The position numbers and the translations under genes were made by a program. The notes under the pieces are model-generated. The model searched no databases, was not told where the DNA came from, and saw only the letters and a program-made list of their open reading frames with translations. 64,000 nucleotides of DNA. Origin: a virus (lineage: Duplodnaviria; Heunggongvirae; Uroviricota; Caudoviricetes). The stretch lies in IMG/VR virus record IMGVR_UViG_3300034019_002140, one strand, 5' to 3'. Position 1 is the stretch's first letter. Every line of letters starts with the position of its first letter. Below, one piece after another: positions 51,565 to 60,075 of the stretch.

Positions 51565-52418
51565 TGCAAACTAATAAGATATATCAAGGTGATTGTATTG
51601 AGGTTATGAAAACATTTCCCGAAAATTCAATTGACCTCATAGTAACATCTCCACCCTATGGTGTAGGAATCGATTATGACACTTTTGAAGACGACATCCC
51701 TTTTGAAGATTATAAATTGTTTTCAACAAACTGGATGACAGAAGCTTTCAGAGTGTTGAAGGAAGATGGGAGAATTGCTTTGAACATTCCATATGAAATA
51801 AATCGTCAGAGTCAGGGTGGAAGAATTTTCATGGCGTCTGAACTTTGGCGGATAATGCAGATAATTGGATTCAAGTTTTTCGGGATTGTTGACCTAAAAG
51901 AAAATTCTCCTCATAGGAGTAAAACCACCGCATGGGGTTCTTGGATGTCACCATCCGCACCGTACATTTACAACCCCAAGGAGTGTGTTATTTTGGCGTA
52001 CAAGAAAAACCACATAAAGAAAGTAAAAGGTCAACCAGAGTGGGTAGGAATCCCTGAGGAGGTCACCAACGAAGAGGGAAAGACCCGAACTAAAATGATG
52101 TATACTGAAGAACAGAAAAGAGAGTTCATGGATTTAGTTTACGGGGAGTGGGATTATTTTGCCGACACGAAACAATTGACAAAGGCAACATTTTCATTAG
52201 ATATTCCTTTAAAGGCAATAAAAATTTTAACTTATAAAAATGATTTGGTTCTTGACCCTTTTGCTGGTAGTGGAACAAGTTTGGTTGCTGCAGTTATTTC
52301 CGACCGTAATTGGATTGGTATCGAGCTTAGTGAAAACTACTGTGGAGTCGCTCAAAAACGAGTACAACATTTCATAGATAAAAAAAACCAACCTGAACTT
52401 GATTTTGAAAAGGGGTAA
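51564..52418 (+). CDS. DNA methyltransferase, beta-class (N6A or N4C).
   Basis: Catalytic motif IV LIVTSPPYG comes first. The AdoMet motif I VLDPFAGSGTSLVAA lies near the C-terminus. The permuted order indicates the beta class. Confidence 0.75.
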   Translation: MQTNKIYQGDCIEVMKTFPENSIDLIVTSPPYGVGIDYDTFEDDIPFEDYKLFSTNWMTEAFRVLKEDGRIALNIPYEINRQSQGGRIFMASELWRIMQIIGFKFFGIVDLKENSPHRSKTTAWGSWMSPSAPYIYNPKECVILAYKKNHIKKVKGQPEWVGIPEEVTNEEGKTRTKMMYTEEQKREFMDLVYGEWDYFADTKQLTKATFSLDIPLKAIKILTYKNDLVLDPFAGSGTSLVAAVISDRNWIGIELSENYCGVAQKRVQHFIDKKNQPELDFEKG

Positions 52419-52460
52419 TACCCCTTTTTTTCTTTTCAGTATATTTATAATTAAATTATT

Positions 52461-52835
52461 TTGATGACTGAAGAATTGATAAAGAAACTCGTTCAGATGC
52501 AACTTCAATGGAAGTTTTTACATTGGCAAACTTTTGGGGATGCTAAACACAGAGTTTATGGAGAAATTTACGATGGTTTAGGTGACCTGATTGATGAGTT
52601 TACTGAAACCATGATGGGAAAGTATGGTAGACCTAAGTTTGATGATGAGTTTGCTTTGATGTTTCAAGATATATCAAGTCTCAGTATTCAGAACTTTGTC
52701 GATGGAATAGTTGAATTTTTGGTTTCTATGTCTGAAGAATTGGACCCAAAATACGATACTGACTTGTTGAATATCAGAGATGAGATGCTCGGATTGATAA
52801 ATAAATCAAAATTCCTTTTAACACTTAAATACTAA
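52461..52835 (+). CDS. Hypothetical protein.
   Basis: ORF. Confidence 0.35.
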   Translation: MMTEELIKKLVQMQLQWKFLHWQTFGDAKHRVYGEIYDGLGDLIDEFTETMMGKYGRPKFDDEFALMFQDISSLSIQNFVDGIVEFLVSMSEELDPKYDTDLLNIRDEMLGLINKSKFLLTLKY

Positions 52836-53200
52836 TGAAGAAAATTGTCAGACTTACCGAAACAGATTTGGAAAGAATCGTAACAAGGGTTATAAATGAA
52901 CAAAATGAAACAAGAAGTTTCATTAGAGCAATACAAAGATTTTTAATTGATAAAAAAATTACCGGAGACAATAAAAAACCTCTAACCGTTGACGGTAGAA
53001 CTGATAATAATTTGACCTCTCAAACGGCACAGGCAATATCAAAATACCAATCTATGATAGGAGTTTATCCTGCGGATGGAGTTTGGGAAATAAATACTTG
53101 GGAGAAAATGCCGAAGGAAGACCAAAAAAAGTTAAAAAAACTGATGGCTGAAGAAGGTGACATTTTCGATAAATTCTTACATTGGATGGGTTGGGATTGA
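52835..53200 (+). CDS. Small protein with a possible peptidoglycan-binding-like helical domain.
   Basis: LTVDGRTDNNLTSQTAQAISKYQSMIGVYPADGVW resembles PG_binding_1 (DG.FG..T..AV..FQ...GL..DG). This is a weak match. Confidence 0.3.
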   Translation: MKKIVRLTETDLERIVTRVINEQNETRSFIRAIQRFLIDKKITGDNKKPLTVDGRTDNNLTSQTAQAISKYQSMIGVYPADGVWEINTWEKMPKEDQKKLKKLMAEEGDIFDKFLHWMGWD

Positions 53201-54594
53201 TGAAAAAAATTTTAAAAGAAACAGGTATAAGAGACATTTCGGCTTTGAGGAAGAGATATCCCAAAGCCGAAATTTATTTTCACCAAGACTTAGACGGTGT
53301 CACTACCGCTATAGCGATGAAAAAATATCTTGAGGACAATGGGATTGAAGTTGTTGGTGCACATATAATTCAATATGGTGACAAAGAGTTTGCTGTAAAA
53401 AAAAATGATGCCGAAGGTGACACGATGCCTGTGCTAGTCGATTTTGCTCACGGGAAGCCGATGTTTAAAATTCACACGGACCACCACGATAAACAAGTTG
53501 GTGCTGAAAAAGAAACATCCAAATCATTTAGACAAGCTCGTTCTAACGTTGAAACAATATCTCAAATTGTTTCACCTAAAGATTTATTTCCATCTTCAGA
53601 CATACGTCTGATAAGCACTGTTGATTCTGCAGATTTCGCTAGAAATGAAATTACTCCCGAGGATGTAATAAATTACATTTTTAGATTTGATAAAGAGAAA
53701 CCTCTACAAAAGAACAAAATGCTTTTGGGATTGGTTATAAATAAACTTATTTTAGCCTTCAAGAACAGACGTGGGTTTATGGAAAATCTTGTAATGGATT
53801 CTGAGCCATCTCTGCTTTCGATTCTCACGAACATAAGAAAGTGGATGAAAGAAACAGGGGCTGAACAACCCGAAAAATTACAATCCCATTCTCAAGATTA
53901 TTCACAAAGAATGAAATCTTATCATGGTTTGGAAGTAGATGGGAGTATTTTAACTCAGTACGGTGGTGGGGATATGAGGAAAGCAGGTTCCTATGACAGA
54001 TACACCCCTTTCAAGAACAATCCTGATGCGGATTTTTTGATTATGATTTGGCCTATGGGATTGTTACAAGTTTCGTGTAATCCATTCAAAAAAGATAGAG
54101 AACTCAAAGGTGTGAATCTCGGTGAAATTGCACAAGAGGTTTTATCAAAATGGAAAGATAAATTACAATCAAGGGTAATACCCTTATCAACAATCAAATG
54201 GATTAGTGAAACTTCGGTGAACCCTGAAAGTGTAGGTTTCACATTTAAAGATTTTGATGCTCTTTATGGTGGTAAAATTCAATATATGCAAGGTGGTAAA
54301 GAAATTTTGTCACAAATAAAGGAAATGATGAACAAACCTTTTGTTAAACTTACGGATGAAGAAAAAAATATTTTAGACAAATTAGGAATCAATGCTTGGG
54401 AACTACTTCAGTCCATGTCAGGTGGACATAAATGTATTACAAACATAAGTGGTTTAAATTATTTAGGTAGAAGTAAGAGACCGCCTCAAGGGAACTATAG
54501 ATGGGACCCTGAAAAGGAAGATGCTCCATACATTAAATTTCTTAAAATGTTAGCATCAGAATTCAAAAAAACATTGAAATCCAAAATTCACTAA
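53200..54594 (+). CDS. DHH-family phosphoesterase (NrnA-like), a candidate pAp phosphatase / nanoRNase.
   Basis: All four DHH motifs are present: I IYFHQDLDGV (HxDxDG), II VLVDFAHG, III IHTDHHDKQ (DHH), IV MSGGHKC (GGH). The ATG at 53200 overlaps the upstream TGA. Confidence 0.5.
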   Translation: MKKILKETGIRDISALRKRYPKAEIYFHQDLDGVTTAIAMKKYLEDNGIEVVGAHIIQYGDKEFAVKKNDAEGDTMPVLVDFAHGKPMFKIHTDHHDKQVGAEKETSKSFRQARSNVETISQIVSPKDLFPSSDIRLISTVDSADFARNEITPEDVINYIFRFDKEKPLQKNKMLLGLVINKLILAFKNRRGFMENLVMDSEPSLLSILTNIRKWMKETGAEQPEKLQSHSQDYSQRMKSYHGLEVDGSILTQYGGGDMRKAGSYDRYTPFKNNPDADFLIMIWPMGLLQVSCNPFKKDRELKGVNLGEIAQEVLSKWKDKLQSRVIPLSTIKWISETSVNPESVGFTFKDFDALYGGKIQYMQGGKEILSQIKEMMNKPFVKLTDEEKNILDKLGINAWELLQSMSGGHKCITNISGLNYLGRSKRPPQGNYRWDPEKEDAPYIKFLKMLASEFKKTLKSKIH

Positions 54595-54629
54595 AATGGT
54601 TAGAATTTCTGACTAAAATCTTCAAAAGA

Positions 54630-54980
54630 TTATCTTATTACATAATCCACCCTATCACCTTCATTGATATCTAAATCCCAACAGGTCCCACCCTGAACCT
54701 CGAACACAACATTTCCAGGACCACAATAAGACATACAATCATCCTCTTCACAAGGAGGACAATCGTGATGAATTTTTGTTATAATATTATCTTTGATTAT
54801 TATAATATCCAAATCAATAATACAATTTTTCATCCAAAAACATTGTTCCTTTCCACCCATAAGAAATAACAATCCCTGAAAATCATCATCAAATACTTTT
54901 CCCATCATCCCTTTCATTTGAGATTTTTTATCCAACAAAACCTTTGATTTAAATTCGTTATTTTTTATCTTTACAATCAT
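54630..54980 (-). CDS. Hypothetical Cys-rich protein on the minus strand.
   Basis: CPPCEEDDCMSYCGPG. Confidence 0.35.
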   Translation of the reverse strand: MIVKIKNNEFKSKVLLDKKSQMKGMMGKVFDDDFQGLLFLMGGKEQCFWMKNCIIDLDIIIIKDNIITKIHHDCPPCEEDDCMSYCGPGNVVFEVQGGTCWDLDINEGDRVDYVIR

Positions 54981-54994
54981 ATTTAATAAATACT

Positions 54995-55405
54995 ATGAAA
55001 AAAAGTTATGCGGGTGTAGTGGTAAAACACAAAAAGAAAATTTTATTTTGTAAAAGAAGTTCTAAAGTAGATTATCCAGGTGTTTGGTCAATTCCTGGAG
55101 GTACAATGGAGGAAGGCGAGTCTCCCATCCAAACAGCACGTAGAGAGTTTTTTGAAGAAATGGCTGTTGACATAGATAGTGAAACATTGAACAAAGTTGG
55201 TGTAATTCCAAGATATTCGAGAGACGGTAAGAAGTTGAAGGGTCAGATGCATGTCTTTGAGACAGAACCAATTGAAAAACTCATTCCTGATTTATCAATT
55301 GCGATTGACGGTGAAGAACATACTGAATGTGGTTATTATACTCTCGAAGAAATGCCACCTTCCAAAATTGGAGAGAACCTATACAATCTTTTAAAAAATA
55401 TGTGA
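54995..55405 (+). CDS. Nudix hydrolase.
   Basis: Nudix box GGTMEEGESPIQTARREFFEEMAV (Gx5Ex7REUxEExxU). Confidence 0.75.
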   Translation: MKKSYAGVVVKHKKKILFCKRSSKVDYPGVWSIPGGTMEEGESPIQTARREFFEEMAVDIDSETLNKVGVIPRYSRDGKKLKGQMHVFETEPIEKLIPDLSIAIDGEEHTECGYYTLEEMPPSKIGENLYNLLKNM

Positions 55406-55679
55406 TATGATTTGGTATATGATTGTTGGTTTAGTTTTCACAGGTATTGTAATTTGGTTTGAGTTACGTGAAGAAAAAGAAAAAAATCTTTGAAAAAATA
55501 TTTTCACCAAAGGTTACTTTTTTCACTTTTCGGTATATTTATATGTTCTTACCCGAAAGGGTGAACATCCCCACAGATTCAAGTTTTCAACCGAGAGGTT
55601 GGTAAAAAAACCTGAATCATACGAGACAGAAAAAGTCTCAAAAAAAGTCCCACAAGTTTGGTGTTTCAAAAAAATGTCT

Positions 55680-55687
55680 TATCTTTG
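55680..55687 (+). promoter_or_regulatory. -7 promoter motif TATCTTTG (extended TCTTATCTTTGT) inside the non-coding GC-rich island.
   Basis: The extended sequence is identical to the motif at 56105. It is overlapped by a 9-bp inverted repeat (AGTCCCACAA at 55649 and TTGTGGGACT at 55685). Confidence 0.4.
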
Positions 55688-55791
55688 TGGGACTTTATTA
55701 TCAAAAGAAGTTCTTTAACATATTTCTACTCAAGGTTCAACCAGAGCATGACTTGGATGGTGACACGGGGACTTGAGTAGTTTTATTATAG

Positions 55792-55863
55792 GGCGAGCGG
55801 GAGGTAAGGTATCTCATTGGTCTCATAAGCCAATTGAACTTGGTTCAATTCCAAGGCGTCGCA
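55792..55863 (+). ncRNA. tRNA-like element (anticodon CAT, Met/Ile-like) with a non-canonical acceptor stem.
   Basis: D-arm GAGG-TAAGGTA-TCTC (A14, G18 G19, A21). Anticodon arm TTGGT-CUCAUAA-GCCAA. 5-nt variable loop. T-arm CTTGG-TTCAATT-CCAAG. The proposed acceptor strands GCGAGCG/GCGTCGC pair at only 4 of 7 positions, and an alternative 8-bp hairpin (AATTGAAC/GTTCAATT) competes with the T-arm. Confidence 0.2.
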
Positions 55864-56104
55864 ACAATACAGGTGAAGACTGTGGTGGAACCCCACGGTA
55901 TATGAATCCCAAAGACGCCGTCTTGATTCGCGGTATCAGAGCGGGGAGGGTATAGTTACTATAAGTCAGGAGTAATTAACCAACGACGAAAATGTAACCA
56001 CCAATGTAGGAATATGTTGGTCATGATGTACAAAAGGGTACAAAAAGCCTGTAAATTTTTTATAAAAAACTCTTATAAAATTTGACAGTCTGAAAATGAC
56101 TTCT

Positions 56105-56112
56105 TATCTTTG
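56105..56112 (+). promoter_or_regulatory. Second -7 promoter motif TATCTTTG (extended TCTTATCTTTGT) inside the non-coding island.
   Basis: Flanked by the short inverted repeat GTCTTA...TAAGAC. Confidence 0.4.
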
Positions 56113-57014
56113 TAAGACAATTGAGGGAAATCGTTTCCGAATGTTCGGAGTAAAGATATTTCGGTTTCCTTCAATCTTTGATAGTTCTTTGATTCAAGAT
56201 ATTGGCCGCCTATGGTCGTTAAATAAACTACGAAAGTAGTATAAAGTAGGAACCCCTGGTTTGGTGGTTCCCGCGGTTTCCAAAAGGGAGCTCGAGTAGG
56301 CAAGCAGGATATCACAACACCTTTAGTACCGAGGGTAACACTGTAGGGAACGTGGTGTGGTGACCAAGCGATTCGGGTCGTTTGGTTGAGGTCGGAAGAC
56401 CAACAAGAATCACCTGTAGAATCGATGTAAGAAGTGGTAGTATCCACTGTCACAATTGCGTCATTCAATATCAAAGTTGACTTAAAAACCGAAAGGTAAG
56501 TTTTATTACAGGTGGTGCTGATAGAACCTTAGCAAATGCTCTACCAAGAGGTCTGTTATGAAGTTGACTCGAAGTATGGAGGTGGGGACACTTCAGAGGG
56601 TAGTTTAGTATCGGGTCGTTCAAAAGATGACTTGGCTTCAGACGGGCCACTACCTTCATAATCCGTAAACCAACTTTGGTCTATGCAATGTCCAAAACAT
56701 TAATTAAATCAAGGAAAAGTGCTCGTCAGTTGTGTGTGACAGGTCACTACATAGTAATGAGATGTTCATTGCCGTGAAGGGTCCCAAGCCCGACACGATT
56801 TTCACGAAAGTTCTCTAATCCCGCAAGGATGAATTGGCTCGGCAGGGTCGAAGAGTGATGAGTAATGGGAGAGTTGCAGACAACTTCAGGATTGGTTAAT
56901 CTAATTGACCGTGACTGAGAGTTACTTCTCAAAAGGAAGTGGAAACAGAGGGAACCAAATAATCCTCCTAAAGACTCTTGTCAAGACTTGTATTCTCAGA
57001 GTTTTCGCCTAACC

Positions 57015-57046
57015 CTGACCGTCTCTACGGTTGGGGTTTTTTATTT
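57015..57046 (+). terminator. Rho-independent terminator closing the + strand ncRNA locus.
   Basis: GACCGTCTCTACGGTT stem-loop followed by GGGGTTTTTTATTT. Confidence 0.55.
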
Positions 57047-58253
57047 AACAAGGGTATGGTCCTGAAACAACCGTAACAGCACCAATAGTAACTGTATATC
57101 CACTTCCATCCGTACATATGGTGAGCTGTCCACTAAATGTTTGTGTAAAATAACTACCACCACAATCGAACCATTCTATTGATGCACTTCCACCACCAGC
57201 ATCCAATACATAACCAACACACGTAGAAGGTGTTATTGATGGAGTTGGAGTTACTGTCGGTGTTTCGGCTGGAGTACCTGTATTTGTTGGAGTGACGGGT
57301 GGAGTCGTTGGCGGAGTAGCGGTATTTGTAGGTGTCGTAGTATTTGTTGGGGTCACTGTGGGAGTTGTAGTATTAGTGGGAGTTACCGAAGGTGTAGGTC
57401 CAATCGTTGGGGTAACAGAAGGAGTTTGAGTTTGTGTTGCGGTGACTGACGGGGTTGGTGTAGATGTTCTAGTCGGGGTTGGAGTTGCGGTTGCTTGGCT
57501 TGTAGGAGTTGGTGTCGGAATGTTTGCATTTGTAAGTTCACAAAGACTAATTCTTACACCGCCATATTGTATACTTGGTGGAGATGAAAATGTTATTTCT
57601 GTGAAAGGGGAAGTTGATTGAACTAAAAATCTTGCTAATCCATCAGTATTTACCGCTGTGATTGTACCGTTGTTGATATTGAAATTACAACCTGTACATT
57701 GAGTTATTATTGGAGTTTGAGAATTGTTTAAAGTTATGGTAACTCTATCTCCATTCGGGAAAGCATCACCATTCCAAACACCTGAATTGAACATCAATGA
57801 TGAGATGGCTTGACTAAATCTAAAAGTAACAGTTGCACCTGACCCGAAAGACACGACACCAGTTCCTGGTCCAGGTTTTATTGTAATTGGGATTTCTTGA
57901 CAAGAGTAGTTGTTTGGACCATAGGTAAATGTATTAGTTGAACATACTGAGTTAAAAGTATAACCAGTTATTTGTATACCATTACTTGTTACCACTTGAC
58001 CATTACAAGGGGTATTTATTACATTACATGTAGGACAATTATTCAAATCCCTTTGAAACCATTCTTCACTAATTACTAAAGAATTTTCGTAGAAATTACT
58101 TAAAGAGAAGGTATCGTAAATTGCCCAAACATTTTTTGTTTGATTTGGTAAGAGTGGGACTTGGTTTTCAAATTCGCTTGAATCACATTTTCTATAACTA
58201 AATGTTACAAGAGTGTTACCCGTGTTGGTTAGAGTATATTTTTTACAATTCAC
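57045..58253 (-). CDS. PT-linker modular Cys-rich structural/adhesin-like protein. Its C-terminal domain is paralogous to the C-terminus of gene 3518..5623.
   Basis: Long linker PTPTPTSQATATPTPTRTSTPTPSVTATQTQTPSVTPT.... C-terminal SIEWFDCGGSYFTQTFSGQLTICTDGSGYTVTIG. Confidence 0.55.
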   Translation of the reverse strand: MNCKKYTLTNTGNTLVTFSYRKCDSSEFENQVPLLPNQTKNVWAIYDTFSLSNFYENSLVISEEWFQRDLNNCPTCNVINTPCNGQVVTSNGIQITGYTFNSVCSTNTFTYGPNNYSCQEIPITIKPGPGTGVVSFGSGATVTFRFSQAISSLMFNSGVWNGDAFPNGDRVTITLNNSQTPIITQCTGCNFNINNGTITAVNTDGLARFLVQSTSPFTEITFSSPPSIQYGGVRISLCELTNANIPTPTPTSQATATPTPTRTSTPTPSVTATQTQTPSVTPTIGPTPSVTPTNTTTPTVTPTNTTTPTNTATPPTTPPVTPTNTGTPAETPTVTPTPSITPSTCVGYVLDAGGGSASIEWFDCGGSYFTQTFSGQLTICTDGSGYTVTIGAVTVVSGPYPC

Positions 58254-58350
58254 AATAATGTAGTTTCAAATAAATACTTCGTTAAACAAGAATTTAAAAT
58301 CTACTTGAATAGAGGGTTTAAAAAACTATTTGTGAAAATATTTGTAAATT

Positions 58351-58647
58351 TTAATCAGATTCTTTCTGACCAAAAAACTTGGAGAAGGAGGGAGAACTCT
58401 TGATAGTTTGCTCAAGTTCGGTTTCATATTCACCATCATTTTTCATTTGCTTAAAATAGTCTGCAATCTTAGTTGCAGTTGCTCTACCTAAATCATAAAC
58501 GAAAGTGACAAAAAGAAACGGAGGAGTCATTTCGTCCAGCTCAGAATCTTCCAATCTAACAAGTGCTTTTTCGATGAGAATATTTCTATATTCATCGGAA
58601 TAATGCATGTCTTTTAAAATTTGATTTAATATTTCTGCGTCATTCAT
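58351..58647 (-). CDS. Hypothetical protein on the minus strand.
   Basis: ORF. Confidence 0.4.
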   Translation of the reverse strand: MNDAEILNQILKDMHYSDEYRNILIEKALVRLEDSELDEMTPPFLFVTFVYDLGRATATKIADYFKQMKNDGEYETELEQTIKSSPSFSKFFGQKESD

Positions 58648-58701
58648 ACACTCTTAAATATATTGAAAAAACAATTTTTTGTTTAGTTCGTTAAAATTTT
58701 T

Positions 58702-58709
58702 TATCTTTG
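58702..58709 (+). promoter_or_regulatory. -7 promoter motif TATCTTTG upstream of gene 58726.
   Basis: TTTTATCTTTGTGG lies 17 nt before the ATG. Confidence 0.4.
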
Positions 58710-58725
58710 TGGATAAAATTGTTTT

Positions 58726-59268
58726 ATGTTCGATAAACTAATAGATTTAATTGTAACTTTTATTCACGACGTACTTCCTTTCAAAATAGTGAATCAATGG
58801 GAAGAAGGTGTACATCTTCGTAATGGCAAGTTCTTGAAGGTTGTTGGACCTGGACTTGTCTATAAAAGACCCTTTTTTGATAAAATTTGGGTTACCCCTG
58901 TAATTACGCAAACGGTAAATCTTTCACCCCAAACCGTTACCTCCTTGGATGAAAGAAGTGTTGTTCTATCTTCCATAGTTCGTTATCACATTTATGACGT
59001 AGAGAAGTTTTTACTTGGAGTTATGCATGCTAATGACGTTTTGGTTGATACCACACAAGGAATCATACGGGATATTGTTGAAGATACAACATGGGAGGAC
59101 CTCGTAGATTTAACAAATCGTGTAACTCCCGCGGTGAATAAACAAGTTAAAAAGTGGGGTATCACTGTTCAATTGGTAAGTTTTCCTGATTTAGGGGAAA
59201 TTACCACTTATCGAATCATTGGAGATACACAAAAAAATTCACATAATATTTTACCAGTAAATGTTTAA
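58726..59268 (+). CDS. SPFH/band-7 (prohibitin/HflK-like) domain protein.
   Basis: N-terminal hydrophobic segment. Then VNQWEEGVHLRNGKFLKVVGPGLVYKRPFFDKIWVTPVITQTVNLSPQTVTSLDERSVVLSSIVRYHIYDVEKFL matches the SPFH core pattern. Confidence 0.5.
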   Translation: MFDKLIDLIVTFIHDVLPFKIVNQWEEGVHLRNGKFLKVVGPGLVYKRPFFDKIWVTPVITQTVNLSPQTVTSLDERSVVLSSIVRYHIYDVEKFLLGVMHANDVLVDTTQGIIRDIVEDTTWEDLVDLTNRVTPAVNKQVKKWGITVQLVSFPDLGEITTYRIIGDTQKNSHNILPVNV

Positions 59269-59295
59269 TTCATATTTTTGAAAAAAAATCAGTTA

Positions 59296-59454
59296 TGACC
59301 AACGAAGAAATTATCCAAGAGATTCTGTATGAAGCAAGTAAGTACGGTTTGTTATCAGAAGTAATTGACACCGCCAAATCCATTTTAGATAAAGAACCCA
59401 ATATGGATAGGGTTTTGGCTTACGACATGGCATTTAAGGAGTGGGTGAAATAAT
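59296..59454 (+). CDS. Possible small protein (52 aa, MTNEEIIQEILYEASKYGLLSEVIDTAKSILDKEPNMDRVLAYDMAFKEWVK).
   Basis: It fills the gap between genes 58726 and 59493 and falls below the ORF-track cutoff. Confidence 0.25.
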
Positions 59455-59477
59455 TTTGTGAGTTCAATTTTTTCCTG

Positions 59478-59485
59478 TACCTTTG
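59478..59485 (+). promoter_or_regulatory. -7 promoter motif TACCTTTG upstream of gene 59493.
   Basis: Matches TAnnTTTG, 7 nt before the ATG. Confidence 0.35.
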
Positions 59486-59492
59486 TAAAACT

Positions 59493-59753
59493 ATGAACAC
59501 ATCAATTAAAATTCAACACAAGACATTCGGAGTAATTTGTGACGAGACTTTCGTAGATGCAACTCAATTCAAGATTTTCCTTCAATCTGTTCACGGTTGT
59601 TTGAAGTCTAAGTCGGATTTGGATTTTTTCAACGGACAAAACTTTTTGTTACATATCCCTCATGAAGTGCTCAAAGAAAGTGTTGTAAATACCAAAATGG
59701 AATTTTCGACCTTGACCGAAAAATTCATCAAGGGTTCGTCTTTAGAAAAATGA
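59493..59753 (+). CDS. Small hypothetical protein.
   Basis: ORF. Confidence 0.35.
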   Translation: MNTSIKIQHKTFGVICDETFVDATQFKIFLQSVHGCLKSKSDLDFFNGQNFLLHIPHEVLKESVVNTKMEFSTLTEKFIKGSSLEK

Positions 59754-60040
59754 TTATAACTAAAGAAAATATTATGGAGTGGTCCAAACCTCATCACGGT
59801 GGTGGTCGACAGACGGTAATAAAAACACCCAAAGTCATTATCTCCATCGTGGGTGGTGGAAGAGGACTTTATGGTGACTTCGAAAAAACGTTTGAGTTAG
59901 CCATCATGACCCATAGTGGTTCATTTATTACAAGAATTTTTTGTCCTGGATTGAGTGATGATGTTTGTGGATATATGGAAGAAAATGAACTTATTGAAGT
60001 TATAAACTCACTTACAACAAGAGGTTTCCAAATTTCATAA
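59750..60040 (+). CDS. Small hypothetical protein.
   Basis: ORF. ATGA overlap with the upstream gene. Confidence 0.35.
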   Translation: MIITKENIMEWSKPHHGGGRQTVIKTPKVIISIVGGGRGLYGDFEKTFELAIMTHSGSFITRIFCPGLSDDVCGYMEENELIEVINSLTTRGFQIS

Positions 60041-60075
60041 AATTTGGTGGTGGAGGCGACCGAAAGGTCCTCGAA

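Larger units (their letters stand above)
55694..57045 (+). ncRNA. GC-rich non-coding transcript(s), product unknown: a structured-RNA locus driven by two -7 promoter motifs and closed by a terminator.
   Basis: ~1.4 kb with no credible protein-coding ORF on either strand. GC content is clearly above the flanking regions. Many hairpins are present (ACCCGAAAGGGT, TCCGAATGTTCGGA, GGAACCCCTGGTTTGGTGGTTCC). Promoter motifs sit at 55680 and 56105 and a terminator at 57015. Confidence 0.35.

Noticed and set aside
55792-55863. A canonical tRNA-Met call.
   Set aside because: The D, anticodon and T arms are good, but the acceptor stem pairs at only 4 of 7 positions and an 8-bp alternative hairpin competes with the T-arm. 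I kept it only as a low-confidence tRNA-like element.
55960-56030. tmRNA tag-like sequence AACGACGAAAATGTAACC... downstream of the tRNA-like element.
   Set aside because: The putative tag reading frame ends ...NVGICWS* rather than with the hydrophobic ALAA-type terminus. No canonical tmRNA 5' acceptor strand (GGGG...) or pseudoknot series could be identified by eye.
55773-56932. Short ORFs 55773..55955 (+), 56073..56474 (-), 56471..56659 (-) and 56747..56932 (-) inside the GC-rich island.
   Set aside because: They are short and abut or overlap one another. They have no start-context support and sit in a region whose hairpin-rich, GC-elevated composition is more consistent with structured RNA. 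ORFs of this length are expected by chance in GC-richer sequence.
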